This document shows, piece by piece, positions 54,062 to 64,000 of a DNA stretch of 64,000 bases. How positions within the stretch are numbered: the first letter of the stretch is position 1; the number at the start of each line of letters is the position of its first letter. This stretch comes from an uncultured Rivularia sp. Lineage in GTDB: Bacteria; Cyanobacteriota; Cyanobacteriia; Cyanobacteriales; Nostocaceae. The stretch spans positions 1,248,001-1,312,000 of the forward strand of contig OY762007.1 in assembly GCA_963665115.1 (NCBI GenBank), given 5' to 3'. The notes under the pieces were generated by a model, which was given only the letters and a program-made list of their open reading frames with translations, was not told the origin of the DNA and made no database searches. A program made the translations under genes and the position numbers.

Positions 54062-54622
54062 ATGTCGGAAATAACTGAAGCTTTGCAGCGTATTGAGGTG
54101 TGGTTACAAAATCATATGCCGAATCGCGCTGCTGAATTAAAACCTGGACTTACACGGCGTGAAATTGAGGAACAAGTTAAAGATTTACCTTTTAGCTTAC
54201 CAGAAGAAGTGTATGAATTGTATCAATGGCATAATGGAAGTGTTGATAGATTGCTTATGGAGAACTATGACTTTTTGTCATTAGGAAGTGCTGTTGCAAT
54301 TTATCATGAATGGTTATCAGAGGCAATATTTGAGGAGCCTGAAAAAGCATCTTTTTTTGAGAAATCTCTTCCAATTTTTCAACTTTGGAGTGAAAATGGT
54401 GTTCTTCTAAGTGTAGTTTGCGAAGATTCTCAAAACTATCCTGTAAGGATGCTGGATATATATTGTAGAGACTTCTCTATTCGCTACCGTCGTTTAAAAG
54501 ATTTGATTTTACACATAGCGGATTGGTATGAATCGGCTCAGTATTACGAACAAGATAACTTCTGGGAAGTTGAAGCAGAAAGAGAACATTTTTTAGAGAC
54601 TAAATATATGGCTAGCAAGTAG
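54062..54622 (+). CDS. SMI1/KNR4 (SUKH) immunity-type protein
   Basis: LKPGLT..EIEE..LPFSLPEEVYELYQWHNG motif. Confidence 0.85.
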   Translation: MSEITEALQRIEVWLQNHMPNRAAELKPGLTRREIEEQVKDLPFSLPEEVYELYQWHNGSVDRLLMENYDFLSLGSAVAIYHEWLSEAIFEEPEKASFFEKSLPIFQLWSENGVLLSVVCEDSQNYPVRMLDIYCRDFSIRYRRLKDLILHIADWYESAQYYEQDNFWEVEAEREHFLETKYMASK

Positions 54623-54662
54623 ATTATAGATATATCTAACAGCAAATATATAAGCGTTACTA

Positions 54663-54914
54663 AAATGGCAACTTACATTAGATACTCAAAGAGATCATTA
54701 TCAGTGGATGAATGTAGGTTGGCAAGAATTAAATAGTATTTATCGATGCGTGATGCATTTCGATATTAAAGATGGAAAAATTTGGCTTCAGCAGAATTTG
54801 ACGGATTTAAACCCTGCTGAGGAATTAATTGAAATGGGAATACCTAGAGAGGATATTGTTTTAGGATTACAAGCTCCTTATAAACGACAATATACCGATT
54901 GTGGTGTTGCTTGA
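54663..54914 (+). pseudogene. XisI-family gene, N-terminally degraded
   Basis: LDTQRDHYQWMNVGW..HFDIKDGKIWLQQN.T..AEEL..GIPREDIVLG; no intact N-terminus. Confidence 0.8.
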
Positions 54915-54976
54915 AAATTGGCGTTATTATTAATATTGATTCAAAATTATCTCAAACTGTAGTAAAAACAATAACT

Positions 54977-55207
54977 ATGTCATCTCCAGCAATTAGTACT
55001 GTAGTTAAGATTATGGAATCTTTACCTGAAAGCGCACAAAATCGAGTTTTAGAACATCTTCGAGAATATATTCAAGATTTAGAAGAAGAACTGAAATGGG
55101 AGCAGTCTTTTGAAAAAACCGAATCAAATTTGATTGCAGCTGCCAAACGTGCCAAACAACAAATTGCTGAAGGTTTATCAAAGCCAATGGATTATGATGA
55201 ATTATGA
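54977..55207 (+). CDS. Putative antitoxin
   Basis: Small helical protein (LPESAQ..KWEQSF..LIAAAKRAKQQIAEG) overlapping the toxin start (ATGA). Confidence 0.7.
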   Translation: MSSPAISTVVKIMESLPESAQNRVLEHLREYIQDLEEELKWEQSFEKTESNLIAAAKRAKQQIAEGLSKPMDYDEL

Positions 55208-55467
55208 AATCAGCCACGCTTCCTTCTTTTTGGGAAGGTTATCGCGAACTCGATCAAAAAACTAGACGTAGCGCAAGGAAAGCCTATCATTTGTGGAAAG
55301 ATAACCCTTTTCATCCATCATTGCATTTTAAATGTATCAATAATGATGAAGATATTTGGTCTGCACGGATTACTCGTAGTTATCGAGCGCTTGGTATTTT
55401 TGAAGGTGATACTGTAACGTGGTTTTGGGTTGGTAGCCACAACGATTACGAGAAATTATTTGGTTAA
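55204..55467 (+). CDS. RelE/ParE-like toxin
   Basis: FWEGYREL..ARKAY.LW..NPFHPSLHFK..WSARI..YRALG..WFWVGSH.DY. Confidence 0.8.
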   Translation: MKSATLPSFWEGYRELDQKTRRSARKAYHLWKDNPFHPSLHFKCINNDEDIWSARITRSYRALGIFEGDTVTWFWVGSHNDYEKLFG

Positions 55468-55474
55468 ATTGGCT

Positions 55475-56152
55475 ATGGAAGCATCAGAAATAAAAAATAA
55501 ACGCGGTTTTGATTTAAATGATTACCCTGGTTCCTTTGGTTATGTTTTAGTTAAAGCTGGAATTGATGAAGTTAGTTCAACTCTTGCAAAATTAAAATCA
55601 GCAACTGCGATCGGAGATGTTTACAATAATTCTACAGAATGTTCGGATTACGGTTATCTAGTATGGCAATACTTTGGTCATGATTGGACGATATTTGAGT
55701 ATCACGTTTGTGAATCGGAATTTCCTCAAAAAATATCACGTATTTTAAAAACTGATTCTATTTATTATGAATATGAAGATACATCAGATTGGGAAGGATA
55801 TACTTTTTTTGGAAATGGTGTAGAGATAGAAGAATATGGTTTTGGTCTGGATTATTTTGAAGAAATGGCTGAATCAGCAGAATATAGGGGAGAAGAATTC
55901 GATTTACAATTACAAAGTTATTATCATGACTGTATAAAAGATGAAGATAGAGATTACTTATTTTCATTTAGTAGTACTATTAGAAATGCTTCCGATGATG
56001 AAGTTAAAAATGAAAGAGTATTTTTAAACAATTTTTTTATCAGTCAAAATGCATGGTTGCCAAATTACGAATATATGCCATATATTGACGACAATAGTCA
56101 TATAGATTTACCAAAATCTTTATTTGTCAGAGTCGATCTTGTGAAAGTTTAG
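55475..56152 (+). CDS. Acidic hypothetical protein
   Basis: Long D/E/Y-rich ORF; likely ATG 55475. Confidence 0.65.
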   Translation: MEASEIKNKRGFDLNDYPGSFGYVLVKAGIDEVSSTLAKLKSATAIGDVYNNSTECSDYGYLVWQYFGHDWTIFEYHVCESEFPQKISRILKTDSIYYEYEDTSDWEGYTFFGNGVEIEEYGFGLDYFEEMAESAEYRGEEFDLQLQSYYHDCIKDEDRDYLFSFSSTIRNASDDEVKNERVFLNNFFISQNAWLPNYEYMPYIDDNSHIDLPKSLFVRVDLVKV

Positions 56153-56219
56153 TATTCTATCCATTGTAGTTTTAGCTGTATAATACTAAAAATAAAAGCA
56201 ATTCTTCACTCTAGCTAAT

Positions 56220-56378
56220 GACGACCCAGATGATTATTCAATATTAATTTTTACTCCGCAACGCGAACCCAAAATTTGTAGAGGTAGTAATCAACTCAAA
56301 GTATTAGAAGGAATTGATTTAACTTTGAGTGCTGAAGAAGTTTTTGGATGGTTGAAAGTGCTTGAAAGGAAAAGTTAA
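56220..56378 (+). pseudogene. C-terminal fragment of a Uma2 (DUF820) endonuclease gene
   Basis: Manual translation DPDDYSILIFTPQREPKICRG..LKVLEGIDLTLSAEEVFGWLK; no N-terminal part. Confidence 0.65.
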
Positions 56379-56595
56379 TTAAGAATAATCGGCGGTTGAA
56401 ACCGCTACTACACAAGCGAAGTCCACCTGCGTGGATTGTGAAAAAAATTAACATAAGTTACGGAAAGGAGGCGCTGAAGCGCTACTACGAGCCTTACTAC
56501 ATTACAAATAAATAACCCACGCAGGTGGGTTTTGTCTGTGTAGCCCCAGACTTCCAGTCTGAGGGTAAGATTATTCACTACTCACTGTTAACTGC

Positions 56596-58542
56596 TCAAG
56601 ACTCTCTCCCCGAAGCCCAAGTATCTCTCCACTTAACGGTACCTTCACTGGCAATCACCCAGCGACGAGCTAACAAATTTTCCCGTAACGGAGAAATCCC
56701 TTCCCGCAATATCACATATTTATAGCTAATTAACTTCCCAGCACTTTCATTAAAGGGAATCTCGGTAAACCAAGTATTAGAATTAATGTACTCCAAAGGA
56801 TATGCTTTGCTAATATCCCAATTACCCAATTCCGGACAATCACCAATTACTACGATTTTTTCACCAGGCTTTGTTTCTACTCCATTTAATTGCGCTCTAA
56901 CTATTGTTTGCGCTTTCAATCTTTCCCCAACATGACTAATAACGATCGCCTCTTTTGAACCAAGTTCTAAGTTAATAATTTTTCCATCTACAACTTCAAA
57001 TTTACGTCCCGTCAACACGCAAGTATGTTCTCTATCCGGTAACTCGGTATCAACTTCTTCTACAGTTGTAGCGTCTCCTCTATTCAAAGCTACAAAGCAG
57101 CGGGAGCCATTATAGCGGCGCACGTAACAGAAAGTATCTGGTGTAATATATTTCTCCCACTGACTACCCATCGATATCGCTGGATTCAAACGACGCAACC
57201 CGGAAAGCTTCCGCACATCCCAATAAATCGGGGTTTCAGTATCCCACTCATCCATCATCGGACGATTGTAGGGGTCGTTATTTCCGTAGATGTTATTATC
57301 ACCGTTGGTATCGTTATGCAGATATTGTTCGGTACCGTAAAACAAGCAGGGGATTCCCCGACTAGTCATTAAAAAATCAACCGCTAAACGCAAATTATCG
57401 ATATCTGGGTTAAGTGTCAGGAAGCGGTGCATATCATGGTTATCGATAAAAGTTATCAATTCTGTTGCACCGCTATAGCGATAATCCTGCTTTAAAACAT
57501 CATTTACTAAATAAAACCCAGATTCATCATTCGTTCCCAAAGCTTGACGGAGTGCCATGCACAATCCAAAATCTAGTATAGTCATACCAGAATTGTTAGC
57601 GAATTCTACAGAAAGGTCATCATCTGGACGGCTGTAAATCCATTCTCCAAAGATAAACACGTCTGGTTTGTGGTTGTACATTTCACTGTTAAACTCTTGC
57701 CAAAACCAAATCGGCATATGTTTAACTGTATCTACTCGCAGCGCATCAACTCCTCTATCCAACCACTGCTTGATTGCCGATTTTATATAGCTACGATATT
57801 GAATATTATTTTCATTAAAAGTTGCTAAACCCGATAATTCGCAGTTTTGAACCTGCCATTCGTTTTCCCAATCGCTAACTTCGCCGTAATGATGGTACCA
57901 ATTATCTTTATCATTGTTAAAATCGGCAATTTTCACCCCATCATCGTACAATTCACCTTTTCTACCACCAGTATCGGGACTGCTATGATTGCACACAATA
58001 TCTAAGATCAATTTCATATTGCGCTTGTGCAATTCTTCAATCAATCTATCAAAAACAGTATCTCTAGTATCTTGAGTTTTATTCAAAGAAGGTTCATCAT
58101 CGGGGGCAATAAATCGAGGATTCAACCGTTTAAAATCCTTCGTCCAATAGCCATGAATTGCCGCACTTTCAATAAATAATTCTTCAACTTGCTCGAATAA
58201 AGGAGTTAACCAAAGAGCAGTAACTCCCAGATTTCTTAAATAATCTAATTTATCAATAACTCCTTGTAAATCTCCACCCCAATACTTACCCCATTCTTGC
58301 CTATCTGGATCGTAAAGTTCCGAATTAAACCCTTTATTATTCTTAGGATTGCCATCGAAAAAACGATCAACTACAAGAAAATAGATAGTTTCCTGGCGAA
58401 ATTCAATATCCCTAGTGTAGAGAAACTCCAAGTCAATATCGGCATCAGAATCGGGAGTTTCGACAATAGCATCAACTTCTATTTGGGAATTTTCAACATT
58501 ATATTGATCGTCCGAAGCTCGAAATGGAGGAGTACTTACCAT
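56596..58542 (-). CDS. GH13 alpha-amylase/CGTase-like protein with C-terminal CBM20
   Basis: DRFFDG, GGDLQG, HGYW, RVDTVKH, GEW, DNHD; GDCPELGNWD starch-binding motif. Confidence 0.92.
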   Translation of the reverse strand: MVSTPPFRASDDQYNVENSQIEVDAIVETPDSDADIDLEFLYTRDIEFRQETIYFLVVDRFFDGNPKNNKGFNSELYDPDRQEWGKYWGGDLQGVIDKLDYLRNLGVTALWLTPLFEQVEELFIESAAIHGYWTKDFKRLNPRFIAPDDEPSLNKTQDTRDTVFDRLIEELHKRNMKLILDIVCNHSSPDTGGRKGELYDDGVKIADFNNDKDNWYHHYGEVSDWENEWQVQNCELSGLATFNENNIQYRSYIKSAIKQWLDRGVDALRVDTVKHMPIWFWQEFNSEMYNHKPDVFIFGEWIYSRPDDDLSVEFANNSGMTILDFGLCMALRQALGTNDESGFYLVNDVLKQDYRYSGATELITFIDNHDMHRFLTLNPDIDNLRLAVDFLMTSRGIPCLFYGTEQYLHNDTNGDNNIYGNNDPYNRPMMDEWDTETPIYWDVRKLSGLRRLNPAISMGSQWEKYITPDTFCYVRRYNGSRCFVALNRGDATTVEEVDTELPDREHTCVLTGRKFEVVDGKIINLELGSKEAIVISHVGERLKAQTIVRAQLNGVETKPGEKIVVIGDCPELGNWDISKAYPLEYINSNTWFTEIPFNESAGKLISYKYVILREGISPLRENLLARRWVIASEGTVKWRDTWASGRES

Positions 58543-58891
58543 AGGAATTTATCTTATTTATCCTTAGTTACTTAAGTAGTTCAATACTGAAGACGTTAAA
58601 TCCGTATTCTTCTCAATATTTTTCTTTTTCCGTATTTTAATCATCAAAATAGTATTCTATGACTCATCTAAATTGTATACTCCCTTTTAAATGTTTTCGT
58701 CCTCATTCTTTAGGTAGAGATTATTTATGAAAAAAGAAGAGGCTAGGAAGTTTTAAGTACTTACTTTAATTGAGCGTTTAAATTGAATGAAAGTATACAA
58801 AGACTTGTATGAACTTTTAAGCAGAAATTAATTAATAATGGTGCCGTACTCTCCTATTAACAGCACCCTACTAGCTATTAATTGATAATTG

Positions 58892-59380
58892 TTAATTGTT
58901 CATTGAAAACTGAGAAGACTGCAAACCATGCATATGGTTAAACAAACCCCAGCAATACTCTTCAGGTAGCTTACAGGTAATCGCACCCCGCAACACAACG
59001 TTAAAATACCAATCATTAGGTGCAATTTCTTCTAAAAGTTTATTTACCACCACATATGTGCGGACGTTTTTATATACCTTTCCTTGAAAATCAATATCTA
59101 CAAACTCTTGACGATAACCACCACGCGGTACATCTTCGCGCTTATCCAAGCTTTCGCTAAGTCTTAAAGGTAATCGATAAAGTACGCCATGTACCGTTCT
59201 TGCAGAATCTTTTACCACATCCAACACACCACATTTGCGAAAAGCACTGTAACGGTAAAATCCCAATCTATAACCATTGAGAATTCCCGCACCCATTACA
59301 TAATCATGAGTACTTTCACCCATAGTGCGCTTCAAATCCACCGGACACATACAAGAACCATAAGCAAAATAATAAAACAT
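58892..59380 (-). CDS. Gamma-glutamylcyclotransferase family protein
   Basis: MFYYFAYGS, VHGVLY, LDKRE. The upstream ORF extension is STRR-derived. Confidence 0.85.
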   Translation of the reverse strand: MFYYFAYGSCMCPVDLKRTMGESTHDYVMGAGILNGYRLGFYRYSAFRKCGVLDVVKDSARTVHGVLYRLPLRLSESLDKREDVPRGGYRQEFVDIDFQGKVYKNVRTYVVVNKLLEEIAPNDWYFNVVLRGAITCKLPEEYCWGLFNHMHGLQSSQFSMNN

Positions 59381-59861
59381 CGATTCTTTCGATTGCGATA
59401 ATTGGGCGCTGGGGATTGGGGATTGGGGATTGGGCATCGGGGATTGAGCATTCATTTTTTATTTAATAATTTACAACTTACACAAAAAGCCCCCCTTCTA
59501 TAAGGGGGGTTGGGGGGATTCTCTTTATTTTAAAGGTAGTAGTGCGACCATCTTGGTCGCTAGAAACCCACAATTGCAAGGGAGAATTTTGCTTGATTGC
59601 TAGGAAGCGCTTTAATTATCAGGGAGCAAGATGTCACACATTAATTTTGAGGGGTACCACATTTGTAGTGGGAGCGTCTCGCTCCCTGGTAGCAACGAGC
59701 GAGCGAGACGCTCGCACTCCCCAAACCCCTTATAACTTATGTGGTGGAGTACTAGTTGATTGCATAAATTCTGAAGGGTTCGTTTTTTCCGTAACCTTCG
59801 GGAGACGTTATGTATAACGTCTCTACAACCCGTCAAAATTAATGAAAAGGAATACTACATA

Positions 59862-59959
59862 TACAGCACTTTGCAGGTATATGAGGTACATTTCCCTACT
59901 CCCTACTCCCTACTTCCTCTAGAAACGATGTGTACCTCACTTAAATGAAATCTGCTGTA
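59862..59959. mobile_element. MITE copy B (inverted relative to copy A)
   Basis: Reverse complement of 29241-29352 except 14 bp (two heptamers) shorter. Confidence 0.8.
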
Positions 59960-59992
59960 TATTCCTATCCCCAATGCCCAATTCCCAATTCC

Positions 59993-62474
59993 CTAACTTC
60001 TAATAATCCGATTCCAGCTTTCCACAACAGTCAGCAAATCTTGAGATAAATTATTCCGAGAAGTGTCGTTAAATTGAACGGTACCATTACGGCTGGTAAG
60101 GGTGTAGGTAATGAAATCTGCACTACCTCTGGTTGCGGGATAACTCATATTGTTGAATTCATCGCGCTGACGCTGCAATAGTCTTTGAAAGTTGCGTACT
60201 GCTTGACGAGAAACTCGGCGAACGCTGCGTCCAGAATCGTTCATATCGCCCATGCGATAGCGCATTATCCTTCCATCTTCAAATAAAACGGTTTCGTAAG
60301 TTTGTCCGGCAAAACCACCACTGCTAATTTGACGAAATACTATTCCTCTGGTTAAACGTGATGGTAGTTCGTTGCGGGGAATTCTCACGGGTAAAACTGT
60401 GGTTTGATTCCCATTTATCTTGCTAGCGGCTTGGTTTAAAATTACTCTGCTTCTCTCATCGGTATGGTAAACGAATAGTTTCTGAACCAACTTTCACGTT
60501 TACTCGGTAGCCATCTACAATTCTGGAGAAACAATAGCGTCTTCTGCGTTGGTTAACTATACCCAAACAGCCATTGCGCCATCTTACTGGTTGGGATTCT
60601 ACAATATTGTTAGCAGAAATTCTACTTCTAACGCGGTTTCTTACGTCGGATAATACTGCATTTTCAATGGATTTTGGTAAAGTAGCAGTTTTATCAACTT
60701 GAAAATCCGAACCATCTTGCTTAAATCGATATGTCCAAGTTTCTCTGCCGTCAGATAAGGTAGCTTTCATCAAGGGGACGTTATCTTGTCTTTCGTTGAG
60801 TCGTTCAACTTCGATAACCCGGATTTGAGAAGCACGGGATGTATATCGGGAGCGTCTTGCTGCATCTTGTTTAAGTACCGCTGCCGCTCTTTGAGTTAGA
60901 CTTTGGGTGCGATCGAGAGTTACTATCGATGCGTTATCATTAGCGTGGTAAACCCATGTTTGATTATTTGCTTCTACTGTGACTATCCAGCCGGGAGTAC
61001 GAATAAAAGCTTTGTTGCAAATGCGATTGAAGGTTAAGTAACAGGGATTGCTCCAAATTTTACGCTCGCTTTTGGCAATCCGTATTCTTCTTTGACTTAA
61101 ACCAGACCATTGCGAAGCATCTCTAAGAATAGCACGCGAAACTGCTTGAGGTAATCCAGATGTTGGCTGAGTATTTTGATTAGATAACTTTACTTGATTT
61201 CCCGTTGCATCGGTGAAAAATACCCAAGTCTTCGAGTTTCCGCTGACGGTTACTTCCCAACCAGAAACGTTAGTTCGATCGCAGGGATTATTGAAACTAA
61301 AATCTTCACAACCGTATTCCCAGTTTGCTGGCTTGAAGGAAGCTATTCTCAATCTTCTTCCCGATAAACCAGAAACATTTCTCGCTTCTTTTAATACGCT
61401 ATTGCGAACGTTTCGAGGTAATCTTAACTTGCTAGCGGCTGCATTCAAACGAATTTGATTGCCGTCGATGGAAGTGTGATAAATCAAAGTTTGTCTGGCA
61501 CCTTTGACGGTAACTTTCCATCCTTTTTGATTTGCTCTCAAACAAGATTCGTTTGCACGTCCTAAATTCAAGCAGCTATCGGTAAAGGTGACTTGCTCGG
61601 CTTTAGTAACGCGAACTCTAGAACTACCAATGAATTCCGATGCGGCTTTTAAAACGGTATCTTTGACTTGAGAAGGTAAGCCGTTATCGGTAATTTCACT
61701 CGCTTTAGTATTCAGCTTAATTACCGAACCGGACTTGTTTGTATGATAAACCAAACTTTGTCCTTTGGTACCGACAATAACCCGATAACCAGGTACTAAT
61801 ACTTGAGAACAAATTGTATTAGCGTCGCGCAATTCCAAACAGCCATCCTTCCAAGTTTTTTGCTGTACCTGCATGATAAAGAAGTTAGAAACTGGCTGCC
61901 CCAAGCGTTGAGCAGCATCTCTAATTACTCGCGATTTTACTGTATTGGGTAATTGCGAACCAGAATCGCCAGAATTACCAGATGCCAAACGTAACTTACG
62001 TCCATTTTTATCGGTATGATAAATCCACCTTTGGCTGCCATCGGATACCGTGACTCGATAACCGGGAACCAAAGCTTGGGTACACATTTCACCAGGTTTG
62101 AGTACTTCCAAGCATCCATTCCGCCAAGTTTCTGAACTGTAACCGGAAATTCTTAACCTATTTTGGGGTATATTTTCATTACGAGATATATCTTTGATGA
62201 CAGCATTCATTACCGCCAGAGGTAAACCAGTTCTTCTGTTATTCTGTCCCTGTACTTGAATTGTGGTTTGTGAATTGTTTTGCTGTTGGCTGACAACTAT
62301 ATTATTACTCGCATTAGCTAACTCGTAATTTTGGGAAGTAGGAACAACCACCGGAGTTGCGATCGCGCTTTTTAGTAGCGCAAATTCGTTTGCAACAGAT
62401 ATAATGCCAGTTAATGCTAAAACAGCAAATATCCGTGCTTTATTTGTAGTAGAATTACCTTTAGATGATGTCAT
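59993..62474 (-). CDS. Large secreted protein with 7 ~90-aa repeats plus a C-terminal SGGFAG domain (apparent +1 frameshift at 60479-60481)
   Basis: Repeats LP..V...V..D..W.dGCL..C..A.vpG.rV.V..YHT. Removing one A joins ORFs 60456..62555 and 59993..60490 (GSELFVYHTD). Confidence 0.78.
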
Positions 62475-62797
62475 AGTCAAGTTACCTCTATCCGTCATTA
62501 GTTTACAAATATTTAAGATTTGTTTCTTATATTGAATCAAAATTGCAGCTAACAAAATCTTTTATTTTCCGAGCAATAGCGCTTTAAAGCAATTAAATAC
62601 AAAGAATTAATTATCCCATACTATAAATTTAATAGGGACAAATATGATATTAATGTGTGTGTTTGTATACGAGATTTGACGTAGTTTATTAGGTGATTTG
62701 TTCCTGAATTTTTACGATAACTTTATATAAATAGGTCAAAGGTCAAAGGTTAAAGGTCAAAGGTTAATATCCAATTACCTAATTAATATGGAGAATC

Positions 62798-63640
62798 ATG
62801 AAAGATTTAGAACAAATCCAAAATACCTATAAAAACTATCGAGATGATTATAGTTTGGAGCAGAGAAAGAACTGGTACAGTGAAGTTGCGGATGCGTACA
62901 ACAAAACCAGACCGCATTATCCCCGAGAACTGATTAATCGTACAGTAGAATTAGGATTACTCAGTAAAAATACGAAGATTTTGGAAATAGGGTGCGGTCC
63001 CGGAACTGCAACAACAGAGTTTGCGAAATGTGGCTTTTCAATGGTGTGTCTCGAACCCAGCCAGGAATCCTGTAACTTAGCGAGAAAGAATTGTGCAGCT
63101 TTTCCGAATGTAGAAATTATCAATACTACCTTTGAAGAATGGGAATTACAGGAAAATAGCTTTAATACCGTTCTTGCTGCAACTTCCTTTCATTGGGTTT
63201 CACCAGAAGTAGGGTATCCCAAATTAGAAAAAGCATTAAAAGATGATGGTAATTTGATTTTACTGTGGAACAAAGAACCCCAACCCAGCTATGAAGTGTA
63301 CCAAATCTTAGATGAGATTTACCAAAAACAAGTTCCTTCCCTATCACGATACGAAGCAAGGGGAACTACAGAAAGAATTCTCAGGGAATTGGGGGAAAAC
63401 GTGGTGAAATCGGGATTATTCAAAAATTTGGTGTTTGAATGTATGGAGTGTCAACGTAGCTATAGCATTGATGATTATTTAACGTTGCTGAGTACTTTAT
63501 CACCTTATATAGTATTGGATTCTCAAAAGCGAGATGCTTTATTTAACGATTTGAGAGATGCTTTAAGTAAAAATCTTGGAGACACCATCGAGACATCATA
63601 TCTGTCAGCCTTTCATATTGCGTGGAAGAAAGGTAACTAA
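62798..63640 (+). CDS. Class I SAM-dependent methyltransferase
   Basis: Y.KTRPHYP, LEIGCGPG, TFEEW, AATSFHW motifs; GGAG RBS. Confidence 0.9.
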   Translation: MKDLEQIQNTYKNYRDDYSLEQRKNWYSEVADAYNKTRPHYPRELINRTVELGLLSKNTKILEIGCGPGTATTEFAKCGFSMVCLEPSQESCNLARKNCAAFPNVEIINTTFEEWELQENSFNTVLAATSFHWVSPEVGYPKLEKALKDDGNLILLWNKEPQPSYEVYQILDEIYQKQVPSLSRYEARGTTERILRELGENVVKSGLFKNLVFECMECQRSYSIDDYLTLLSTLSPYIVLDSQKRDALFNDLRDALSKNLGDTIETSYLSAFHIAWKKGN

Positions 63641-63662
63641 TAGACATCTCCGGAAAACATCA

Positions 63663-63769
63663 TACAGCATATTTCATCTTTGTAAGGTACATTCGGACGG
63701 GCAGGGATGCCCATCCCACAAGAGTTTTGTAATATGAGGCTGTACCTCACTTATTTGCAAAGTGCTGTA
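63663..63769. mobile_element. MITE copy C (same ends, different interior)
   Basis: TACAGCA..AAGGTACA and TGTACCTC..TGCAAAGTGCTGTA ends around a REP-like interior. Confidence 0.65.
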
Positions 63770-64000
63770 TAGGTTTAAATACGGATATTAATTTAGAATT
63801 AATTGTATTTTTTTTATCTTGAATAAGCATTTAGACGTAGATAAATTGTTTAGAAGGTTGTTTGACAATAGATAAATTTAAGGATACAACTTAATTTTTT
63901 GTATCAATATAATCTCAAAATTTCCGCGATTTTGTGTTGAACTGCGGAATCTATTTATTGTTGCCACTTTATTTTTAAAGTATAACTAACTATGCATAAC

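Overview
AT-rich DNA from a filamentous, probably heterocyst-forming cyanobacterium. This is inferred from frequent HIP1 GCGATCGC sites, STRR heptamer repeats, an XisI remnant, glbN and photosystem genes. Main content: (i) a compact far-red photosynthesis cluster at 10.0-17.9 kb: a degenerate CheY-like regulator, a chlF-type (QD-motif) D1 paralog whose C-terminal half is unusually close to normal D1, and psaA2, psaB2, psaL2, psaI2. No far-red PSII, apc, psaF2/J2 or rfpA/B genes are in the window. (ii) An integron-type gene cassette (SAM methyltransferase with a canonical attC site and half of a second attC, no integrase) directly abutting an orphan 3-repeat CRISPR mini-array at 20.3-21.7 kb. 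(iii) A CHAT-protease / DUF1822 / sigma-like / TpsB / TpsA-CHAT / CHASE2-cyclase neighbourhood interrupted by a TonB-ABC iron(heme) uptake locus. (iv) STAND/AAA_35 signalling genes, glbN, amino-sugar enzymes, a toxin/immunity scar region, a GH13 amylase and many MITE/REP/STRR repeats. Eight genes, including psaA2, are split by extra bases, seven of them in short homopolymer runs. These are probably sequencing or assembly errors. All family calls come from motif recognition only; no database searches were run.
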